From Basidiobolus meristosporus CBS 931.73 (taxonomy: Eukaryota > Fungi > Basidiobolomycota): DNA of 64,000 nt. The translations under genes were made by a program, and so were the position numbers. This document shows positions 53,110-63,043 of the stretch, piece by piece. The stretch is from positions 50,503 through 114,502 of the forward strand of contig MCFE01000250.1 of the NCBI GenBank assembly GCA_002104905.1, given 5' to 3'. Below the pieces are notes generated by a model. The model saw only the letters and a list, made by a program, of their open reading frames with translations, was not told the origin of the DNA and ran no database searches. How positions within the stretch are numbered: position 1 is the first letter of the stretch; the number at the start of each line of letters is the position of its first letter.

Positions 53110-54763
53110 TCACTTGTGAACAACATTAATGAGGGGAATGTGATAAGGATTGATATTCATCATAAAGGGAGTGTGCTGCTGCAGATATTGCTGCCAAAGG
53201 TCTGTCAAGTACTTCAGGTAGGCAAGCTTGGGTTTTTCTGACTGCAGAATAAATTCAGCAAACTTCTTGACTTCAGGATCTCCAAGTATTGTTCTCCAGC
53301 AGGAGCCAGGTGTTGTGTGGTGTGTTCTCTTCCAGGCCTTAATCAGTGGATTGTTGCAGTTGTGAAGTCTGAGGTATAATCTGGTTCTAAGGTAGAGAAG
53401 TCTGATCTTATAGGGCATAAACCCAAAAGCACCAAGAATAGCATGTCTGTAGGGGCATTCAGGCAAATGAGGCACCAAGGAGGTAATGCACCATACTGCA
53501 AACTTGTCAAGCTTAGTGCAGTCTCTAGTAGTAAGAGAGAGAAGTGGTAAGCCAAATTCCAGGACAGGGAAGACAAACTGCTTGAGTAGAAGGAGGCAGC
53601 TGGGAGCTGAAGTTGTAGGAGGAGTAACAGCCAGTAGCTTGTGGAGTGCCTGTCTTGCCAGGATAATTCTCTTCTTCAGGTGTGCTCCAGAGTCTAGTCC
53701 AGTAGGAAGGAAAGGAAAGCCAAGATATGTAGCAGAAACCTGAGCAGGTAGAGTGGAGTTCTCCAAGTTGATGGGAGAGCCCAAAGGTACTGTCTTTGCA
53801 ATGGAAAGCTGAAGATTATTCTTCTGCAGATACTGGTGGATGGTCTGGGAGTCTTGCTGCACATTGGAGGAGGATATTCTGATGTCATCAGCAAAGAGAG
53901 TAACCAGGCAGTCAGCTGAGAGTCTTGGGAAATCATTCAGGAAGATGGCAAGCAGTATAGGACCAAGCACAGAGCCTTGAACCACTCCATTAGGAACTGA
54001 GAACACAGCTGATTGCTCACTTGGGTGGAGAATTCTTGCTTGTGGATCCAGAAACAGAGACCTGACAAGGAGGGTGAGAGAGGTACTGGAGAAGCATTGA
54101 AACTTGGACCAAAGCAGATTTCTGTCAACAGAATCAAAGGCCTTAGTAATATCAAACAGAACAGAGGGATACTTGCACTGGAGAGAGTGATCTTGGCTAA
54201 GAATGACTGCATATTCCAAGGAGAGGCCAGGAACAAAGCCAAACTGTGCAGGATGAAACTTGAGGGAGTCAGAGTAGAGCTCCTGAGCAAACAGAAGCTC
54301 AAACACCTTTCTGCAGGTGGGCAGCAGAGATATTGGCTTGTAGGAGCTAGGATCCAGGTGCTTTCCTTTACCCTTGTACAGTGGCAGAACATTTGCAAAG
54401 GACCATTCCTCAGGAGTAGAAAGCTGGGCTGAGCATTGCTGAAACAGTGGAAGCAGAAGTGCAGACATGGCCTTGGTACTAGTCTTCAGAAGCTCATAGG
54501 AGATTGTGTCCACACCTGGAGCAGTAGAGTTGGGAAGCCTCTTGAGCACATTATGGATTCTCCTTTGATCAAGTGCAAGTGGGATGGGCAGAGTCTTGAA
54601 GTCAGGATGAAAGCCAGGAGTTGAGTACTGCTTTGTAGAGAAGAAGATGTTAGCTAGCTGTTCTGTTGAAGGTAACTTCCTGGAAGAGGGCCTCATTGCC
54701 CTGTAGAGTCTTGATACTGTTCTTGTTATAGAATTGGAAGATTGCAGAGGCAAAGAACTCATA
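53110..54763 (-). CDS. LINE-B ORF2, RT portion; premature TGA at 53110-53112
   Basis: APGVDTI, YKPISLL, QFGF, DITKAFDSVD, GVVQGSVLGP, LFADD, YLG. The copy at 63106-64000 has TCA at the equivalent codon and reads on. Confidence 0.9.
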
Positions 54764-54768
54764 ATATG

Positions 54769-57700
54769 TGTTGTAAAAATTCATATTTCCACCTAAATAT
54801 TCACCTAACTTAGTCACTTAGATCATCACCTTCAAATCCTAGAGAATACTGACCAAATTCCTTGTCGGGATTTACTTAGAATATTTTCACCAAAATACCA
54901 GGTACCCAGAACATGAAAATACTCAAAGTTGTCCAAACAGCCCCAAACATTGCACACATGTTCTTGGGACCTTCCTTAACCTATTCTACGTGTTTGTAAT
55001 GCCAAGACCAGGTAAAAGTATAAATACCACTTTTACATTCAATAAATCATTAATTGAAAACCACATAATCTACTTGTTCTCCAAATCACTTCCAATATCT
55101 CCAAGACTCTTACAACAGATTATGAGCCCTGAGCTGTCACTCTCTGCAATGTCTACTACTGCTATTACTGGAATTTTTCCCTCTGCTGAAAAGTTGGATG
55201 GATCTAACTACCAAGTGTGGAAGGTGAAGATGAAGATGCTGCTACAAGAAAGAGGCCTTTGGGATATTGTCATGGGAGAAGAATGCCCTCCTAAAAACGT
55301 GGGAGAGGAAGCCTTGAAGTACCAGAAGAAAGAACATGGTGCCTTTAACTGCATTTGCCTTAATGTCAAGGACAAATTGCTAATTCAATGCTCAGGAGCA
55401 AAAACGGCAAAGAATGCCTGGAAAGCATTATAGGACACCTACCAGTCATGTTCAGCTGCCAAGAAAATGTATCTGAGAAGAAAATTCTTTACTACAAAGA
55501 TGCTGCCAGGAGAAGAAATGAAAAATCTAATTAACAGAATTACCCTGCTGGCAGATGAGATGGAATCAGTGGGCGTACCAACTACTGATGAGGATGTGAT
55601 AGTTACCATCCTGAATAGCCTGACAGACAAGTTTCAGGGCCTTGTATCAGCCCTAGAGTCCAGAACTGAAGATTTGACCTTAAATTACGTATATGGAAGG
55701 CTCCTGGATGAAGAATTAAGAAAATCAAGCGCTAATAAGAAGGAAGAAGAAAATGCTTTAATAAGCAATGATAGCCAACAAAGGAGATACCCAAGACCCT
55801 ACAAAGGCAACATCAACCTGTTTTGTAACTACTGCAAAAGGAAAGGACACACATCAGACCGGTGTCTCAAAAAGAAAGATAATCAGCAAAAGAAGCCTGA
55901 ATATGGAAATGCTGCAACAACTGAAGATAGACTATTCATATCTGCACTAAATATGACCACAAACAAGGATTCTCAGACATGGTATATTGACTCTGGAGCT
56001 TCTCAACACTTTACACACCAAAAAGAACTTTTTACCCAATATCAAGAAATTCCAATTAAGAAGGTTTTCATGGGTGACAATAGAACACTTGATGCAGTGG
56101 GAGAAGGAACTATCCAAGTAAACCTTAGAAGCAGTGAAGGAAGCCATACACTGACCTTTAAAGAAGTACTCTGTGTACCAGAAATAGCCAAGAACCTACT
56201 CTCTGTAAGCAAGGCCACAGCAGAAGGACTTAGTTTCAGTTTTGACAATTCTGGATGCAGGATCACTGATCAAAATGGTGCTCATATTGCTTCGGGCATC
56301 AGAGATCAGAATCTATACAAGTTGACTTATATTCCATCATATCTGGAAGCTAATATAAGTAACTTAAATGAAGAAACACCAATGCTTTGGCACAGGAGAT
56401 TTGGGCACATCAATTTTGATCATTTGCGCAAAATGATCAAAGATCATCTAATTTCTGGAGTGAAAATTGATCCCCCAGCTAATTTGGAGCACTGTGAAGC
56501 CTGCATATATGGGAAACAAGCCAGACAACCGTTCAAGAGCTCTGGGTTAATCAAAACTAAGAAAAAATTAGATCTAATTCACTCAGATCTGTGTGGACCT
56601 ATGCAAAATTTATCCTTAGGCGGGATGAAGTATTTAATCACCTTTATTGATGATTATACAAGATACACATGGGTCTACTTCATGGAGGGAAAGGAAGAAG
56701 CTCTGTCTAAGCTCAGGGAGTTTAAAGCCATGGTGGAGAGAGAAACTGGTGAAAAAATCAAGAAAATACGCTCTGACAATGGTGGAGAATATACCTCAAA
56801 ACTCTTCATCCACTTCTGCAAAATTCATGGGATAAAGCAAGAGACTACTGTACCATACTCCCCACAACAAAATGGAGTAGCAGAACAAGCTAACAGATCA
56901 ATAATTGATATGGCAAGATCTATGATCCATGATCAAAAATTATCCTATGATTTTTGGGCGGAATCAGTTGCCACTGCTGTATACCTTAAAAATAGGAGTT
57001 ATAACAGAATACTTCGTGATTCTACTCCATTTGAAGCATGGTATGGATACAGACCAAGTGCAGAACATTTAAGAATATTTGGGTGCACAGCATATGCCAA
57101 AAAACTGGCCGGAAATCAGTCAAAATTTGAGCCAAAAAGTGTAAAATGCATATTTTTGGGCTACTGCAATGAGAGTAAAGCATACAGACTCTACAATACC
57201 AAAGCAAAGAAGCTTATCAAGTCCAGGGATGTGTTGTTTGATGAAAATTCAAAATTTTCACAAAAAATGACATCAGATGATGACAAAAATTTGATCTCAA
57301 GTCCACCAATTGTCAGGATTGAATCAGAGCAAAACAATGAAAATTTTTTCACTCCAGAGGACTCTACAACCATGGTTCAGCCAGAATCAGTGCCCAGGAA
57401 TATCCCAGAAGTGATCATTCCAGTATCAAATGCCTGGAGATCTAATTGGACAAGAAATAGCCCAAATTACTATATCAATGAGGGTACAAATTTAGCCTAT
57501 GCCTATTCAGTCCATATTGATGAACCCCAGACTGTAAAAGAGGCCCTAAATAGCACTCAGACAAAGTTTTGGAGATCTGCAATGACTGAGGAATATCAGG
57601 CCCTGATGGGAAATCAAACTTGGGACTTAGTCAAATTACCAATCAACCAAAAATCAATTGGATGCAGATGGGTCTTCAAGACAAAATACAAGGCTGATGA

Positions 57701-59450
57701 TACAATTGAAAGATACAAAGCAAGACTTGTAGCCAAAGGATACTCTCAAACAAAAGGACTTGACTATACTGAGACCTTTGCACCGGTAGCCAAGTTTAAT
57801 TCCATCAGATTAATATTGGCTATTGCAGCCAAATATAAGTTTTTTATTCATCAAATGGATGTAAAAACTGCATTTTTGAATGGAGAACTTGATGAGACGT
57901 GTATATGGACCAGCCTGATGGGTTTGTTGACCAAGATAACCCCCATTTGGTCTGCAAGCTTAAAAAGTCACTATATGGTCTCAAACAATCACCAAGAGCC
58001 TGGAATTGCAAGATAGATTCTTATTTGGAATCTTTAGTTTCAAAAGGAGTAATGCTGACTATAGTATATACTATAAGCCAGATAGAGCAAATCCAGTTCT
58101 ATTAGCTCTATATGTGGATGATCTTATTATAGCCGCCAATAATATAGAAACATTGGAAGAGACTAAATCCAGCCTATCTAAGGAGTTCAAGATGTCTGAT
58201 CTAGGAGAACTCAGTTACTACTTAGGGATTAAGTTCTCCATAGACAGAAGTACCCAGACTATTACCCTAAGCCAATCCAAGTATATTCAAGATATACTAA
58301 AGAAGTACAAAATGGAAGACTGTAAACCAGCAGCTACCCCAATGGAGACAAACCTTAACTTGGTCAAAACTCAACCAAATCAAGAGAGCTTGGTGCCATA
58401 TGAAAGCCCTGACTTTCCTTATCAATCTATGGTCGGCAGTCTGATGTATATCATGCTTGGAACACGTCCAGATATCTCATATACAGTGGTAGTTGTAAGC
58501 CAACATAATCAGAATTATGGATCTGATCATATTGCAGCAGTTAAGCGGATTTTTAGATACCTAAAAGGAACTGCTAATATCTGCTTAAGATACACTTATA
58601 ATGATTCAGAACAGGATCTTGTGGGATACTCTGATGCTGATTGGGGACAGAATTTAGAAGACAGAAGATCCACCACAGGATACACCTTTCTTTACTGTAA
58701 AGGAGCAATTTCATGGAATTCAAGAAAGCAACCAACCGTAGCACTTTCTACTACAGAGGCAGAGTATATGGCAGCCTGTGAAGCTACAAAAGAAGCAATG
58801 TGGTTAAGAAAGCTCTTTGCAGACTTAGGCCTATGTCAAAAAACGCCTATTACTTTATTTCAAGATAATCAAGGATGTATACAATTAGGTAGAAATCCAA
58901 CTTTTCATGCTAGAACCAAGCACATAGATATTAGACATCATTTCATACGTGAAGCTATAGAGAATAACTTAGTTAGCTTAGTTTACTGCTCTACAGATGA
59001 AATGATTGCAGACATATTTACCAAACCATTAGCTAGAGACAAGTTTGAATATCTTAGGTCAAAATTAGGACTAGTCAGTGTGAACATTTAGCTGAGTGGG
59101 AGTGTTGTGAAATTCATATTTCCACCTAAATATTCACCTAACTTAGTCACTTAGATCATCACCTTCAAATCCTAGAGAATACTGACCAAATTCCTTGTCG
59201 GGATTTACTTAGAATATTTTCACCAAAATACCAGGTACCCAGAACATGAAAATACTCAAAGTTGTCCAAACAGCCCCAAACATTGCACACATGTTCTTGG
59301 GACCTTCCTTAACCTATTCTACGTGTTTGTAATGCCAAGACCAGGTAAAAGTATAAATACCACTTTTACATTCAATAAATCATTAATTGAAAACCACATA
59401 ATCTACTTGTTCTCCAAATCACTTCCAATATCTCCAAGAATCTTACAACA
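54769..59450 (+). mobile_element. Full-length Ty1/Copia LTR retrotransposon with 5-bp TSD ATATG
   Basis: LTRs 54769-55117 and 59103-59450 (TG...CA, nearly identical); ATATG at 54764-54768 and 59451-59455; PBS 55118-55130; purine-rich PPT just before 59103. Confidence 0.97.
55122..59091 (+). CDS. Copia gag-pol (gag, CCHC knuckle, protease, integrase, RT, RNase H); in-frame TAG at 55431-55433 and two -1 indels (~57896, ~58037)
   Basis: CNYCKRKGHTSDRC, IDSGAS, WHRRFGH, HSDLCGP, RSDNGGEY, QMDVKTAFLNG, YVDD, YSDADW, STTEAEY, RTKHIDIR. Confidence 0.95.
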
Positions 59451-60433
59451 ATATGATCCCAGAGCTGAGTATGTAGAGTGTGGTGAATTGCCTTGGAGTG
59501 GTGTATGGCTGTCAGGAGGAGTTTCTCTGTTTTTGGGTTAGGGAAACTCAGGTAGCTTTGTTGCAGGGCTGAAACAATGGATTCCCATTTTCTTGAGGTA
59601 ACAGCAGTAGTCTTGCATGGCAGTGAGAGGGAGGCAGACACCAGAATCAGATGCTTCACAAAGAGCCAGGCATAGTTGAGATCATCAGGCAGAGAAAGTA
59701 GCAAACTGGCAAGCTTCAAGTAGTTCCCAAAGTCTTTCTTCTGATTCTTGGTAGCTTTGTGGGTGAGCACAGTAAGTTTTGGCAGCTTCTTCTTCACAAC
59801 TGGTTGCATAGAAAGGGACCAGGCTGGGTGGTCAGAGGCTCTCAAGGATCCTAGCTCAGCTCCAGAGAATTGCTTGACTTCATCAACAAAGTAGGGGGCA
59901 GCAGCAGAAGGGCAGATCCAGTCAACACATCTTTTCCCAGATTGAGCACCTAGTGCTAGCAGATGGCTTTCTCTCAGGAAGTTCAGTAGGAATGTAGACC
60001 TTGGCTTCATTCTTGCAGTCAGAGTAGTCTTGTTCTCAGGATGGGGAATGTTGAGATCTCCAAGCAAGATAACAGGTGTTGATATCAATTGCTGGTATTG
60101 CTGAACTTTCTGGCATATATCTTGCACTTCCTGAAGGTCAAGACTTGGAGGCAGATAGCAGAGCACCAGACTGATAGTTGGCAACTGGAGAGCAGCACAG
60201 TAAGGGGAGTAAAGAGGGACACAGAGCTGAGGAGTATTGATGGTAGAAGAGATGAAGCAGATAGAGGAGGTATTCTTTGTTCTAGGAGTAGAAAAGCAAT
60301 ATAGATTAGTCAAAAGTATAAAGGGTAGCTGGATATCAATCAAACACAGGAGGGAAAATTTTGAAAGAAGTCTCTCTAGAGTTGGTCTTGATGGCTGTAT
60401 GCTGTTGCAGTTAAGCAACAGAACTTCAAGTAG
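59451..60433 (-). CDS. LINE-B ORF2 N-terminus: APE-like endonuclease, with no ATG
   Basis: EVLLLNCNSI, LCLIDIQ, CYLPP, ILLGDLN, VDWI, SDH. Reads in frame into the RT part once the Copia and one TSD copy are removed (…WDHI|MSSLP…). Confidence 0.85.
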
Positions 60434-61943
60434 TCAGGCAGAGGTTGTAGCTTCTTCAGAGGCAGCATTGACAATGTGACCTGCAGAGTCCCAGAGCTCT
60501 TCAAATGGTGCATCACTTAAGTCAGCAAGGAGGGAAATGGCATGATTCTTGAGGAAGTATGCCACATCATAGGAGGGGGCTTGTCTCTTGATGGCAGCAA
60601 AGAATGACAGAATGGCTACATGGGCTGGAGGCTTGTTGAACAGTAAAGAGTCAGAGGATTCAGATTCTTCAGGCACTATCTTGAAGTCAGTTTTCAGCCA
60701 GTTAAGGTTCTTCTCCACAAAGGCAACAAATGGGTCAGCAATGGTTTGGTCTAGGATAACCTCCAGAATCTTCCCTTTTCTCCAGGCCAGGTTGACAATT
60801 CTTGAGAGCTGAATATTGCATGCCTTGAGTGCTTTCCTGATGTTGGAAATGGGAGTCCAGGGAACTTGCTTCAAGTACACCACAGTCCAGGTAGAAGCTG
60901 GTGGTAGATTTGCTGGGGGCTTGTAAGTCCTTCTGTGTTGCAATGGAGCTGCAGTAGGCAGATTGGAGTCCACATTCTCAGTAGAAGGTTTTCTTGATGT
61001 GTCTTGCTGAGTGGTACTGGAGCTGGATGTGCTGATAATTCTTGCTAGAACCTTGCCTGCATAAGTCTGAGGTATAGCTGAGGTGACTGTAGAGGTGGTG
61101 GCAGCTGGTGCAGGTGGAGGGGCAGAAACTGAAGCAGGAACTGAGGTCACCTGGGAGAAGGCAGTAGAAGCAGGTTTTCTGGGAGGAACAGAGTTCACTA
61201 TCCAGTTGTTCTGTAAAACACTGGAGTAGCTTTTCTGTGGAACAGGATCTTGCTCTTGAACAGGAACAGAAACAGGAGGCTGGGGTTGAGCAGTGGTGGT
61301 AAGGCAGTGGCACTCCAAGGAAGCTTTTTGCAAAGCATCTCTGGCAGTTTTCAGGGCAGTGTTGGCTTCATTCTTGAGCTTCTTGCATTGGGCATCCAGT
61401 CTCTTGTTCTCAATAGCCAGGGCAGTATTGGCAGCTTCTAAATCAGCAATTCTCTTCTCAATTGCAAGGAATCTCTGAAGCAATGCATCAGTCAGAAGTG
61501 CTGGCATCTGGGAGAGCAGTGGCAGGAATAGAGTCCATTGACAGTGGGCTTCTTGGAGGCAAGGAAAGTGGACTGGCAGATTCAGGCACAAAAGGAGATA
61601 TCCTGGCAGGAGGAGAAGGAGTATCCAAGGCAGTAACAGAGGCAATTCTTGTTGGTGAAGCAGCAGCAGGGGAGGCAAGCCTGTTCAGAAACTGGGCAGG
61701 AGAGAGTGCTTGAGGAGAGGGAGTCTTCAGCTTGCCAAGCATGTCTTCCATCAGAGTGATACCAATATTCCTGGTGCATTTGCAGAGAAAAGTAAGCTTC
61801 CTGAGTCTGCCAGCTCTTCCATTCCTTCTGATAGTTCCTTTGTTTCCACAGTTGGGGCAAGAAATCTTCTTGACAGACTTGTCAAAGCAATCAAGAACCT
61901 TCCTTTCAGGTGTAGTGGGCTCCTGTTGAGGTTTTGGTGGCAT
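60434..61943 (-). CDS. LINE-B ORF1: Zn-ribbon, P/S-rich linker, coiled coil and C-terminal RRM-like domain; frame break at ~61490
   Basis: CPNCG...FLCKC; FLAIEKRIADLEAANTALAIENKRL coiled coil; VVYLKQVPWTPISNIRKAL...ILEVILD. Confidence 0.75.
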
Positions 61944-62012
61944 ATCCAGAGTTTCAGCATCAAATTTCAATTTTTGGGATTTTTGGGTGATTTTTGATGG
62001 GCAGGATCAAAA

Positions 62013-62026
62013 TTAGGGTTAGGGTT
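62013..62026 (+). repeat. TTAGGGTTAGGGTT tract in or next to the LINE-B 5' UTR
   Basis: Directly visible, 70 bp upstream of the ORF1 ATG on the minus strand. Confidence 0.85.
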
Positions 62027-62151
62027 GCGCGCTGTGACTGCTTTTTACAATCGCAAGGTCAGAACCTAGGAAAAAATAAAAATAGTTAGTAAAGGTGATT
62101 TAATGGATGGATGGATGGATGGATTTGGAGTCAGATTCAATCAAAAAATCA

Positions 62152-62604
62152 GGGTTAGGGGAGGGAAAGTCACCAAGGTAGGTGAAATCTTTATTTGATT
62201 TTAGACAAGTCTAACCACAAATAAAGTAGCCAGCTGGGAATAGAAGATTCCCAAAGTAATCACTAAGTTGAATATGAATAAATCTAAGCTAAAGTTAAGG
62301 CAGTATCCCAGAGTACACTGGAGGTCAGGTTCATGGGGGAGTGAAGTAGATAAGCTTGAGAGATATAATAATCTTTGAGGAAGTGGGTAACAGCAGGTGA
62401 AGGGGAGTTTTTGATAAGTGAAGTGAATCTTGAGAGCAGAGATTCCTCTAATGAGAAGGTCTTGTAAACTGGAGAATCAGGAAACTCTTTAAAGGCATGG
62501 TCAGTAGGTTCCCAGTAAAACTGGTCAGAGACATTTTGAGAGAACTCTTTAGCAATACTTTTGTCAAGTACTACCTCCAGAGTGTGATTGTTGATAAATT
62601 TCAT
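62152..62604 (-). mobile_element. 5'-truncated ORF1-only retroelement (unit D) ending in a variant of the LINE-B 3' tail
   Basis: ORF 62284-62604 (TLEVVLDKSIA...WEPTD...AVTHFLKD) is homologous to the ORF1 C-terminus (ILEVILDQTIA...WLKTD...DVAYFLKN). Its stop is followed by ~130 nt and then GGGTTAGGGG. Confidence 0.75.
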
Positions 62605-62605
62605 G

Positions 62606-62719
62606 TTAGGGTGTAGGTGTTATAGTAAGGGCTAGAAAAAGGTTAGAAGAGCAGGGGGTCTGGGGGACGCAGTCCCCTAGAGAATAAAAAAGCAGGGGGT
62701 TTGGGGGATGCAATCCCCC
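62606..62719. repeat. Unit E direct repeat 1: starts TTAGGG, carries two GCA-triloop hairpins
   Basis: GGGGAC-GCA-GTCCCC (62663-62677) and GGGGGAT-GCA-ATCCCCC (62703-62719). Confidence 0.85.
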
Positions 62720-62935
62720 ATACTGCTCTTATACTCTTTAAATTCCCGTTGGATTACTTTTCTCTCATTCTTGGTTCTGGTCCCTTAGGGTTAAAATTCC
62801 TCCTCCTAACCCTTATCACCCTAACCATAAATATTTTTACCCTACAATTGGCACATTGTCTGCTCATATGGTGGGCATGTCTGGGCCAATATTTGTCTCC
62901 CTATACTGTCCATACGCTCTGTATAAGTCTTAGTC

Positions 62936-63043
62936 TTAGGGTGTAGGTGTTATAGTAAGGGCTAGGAAAAGGTTAGAAGAGCAGGGGGTCTGGGGACGCA
63001 GTCCCCTAGAGAATAAAAAAGAAGGGGTTTGGGGATGCAATCC
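62936..63043. repeat. Unit E direct repeat 2, truncated inside the second hairpin and capped by TTAGGG
   Basis: Near-identical to 62606-62714. Confidence 0.85.

Larger units (their letters stand above)
52911..62150 (-). mobile_element. Near full-length LINE, family B (ORF1 plus APE-RT ORF2), interrupted by a Copia insertion; 5' boundary approximate
   Basis: ORF1 60434-61943; ORF2 split into 59451-60433 and 52978-54763; 3' end in a G-tract plus TTAGGG with no poly(A). Confidence 0.9.

Noticed and set aside
51372-54763. Penelope/Athena/Coprina or telomerase identity for the RTs
   Set aside because: The motifs (QxGF, DxxKAFD/AYD, QGSxLxP, FADD) and the upstream APE domain are LINE-type. No GIY-YIG domain or TERT motifs were seen.
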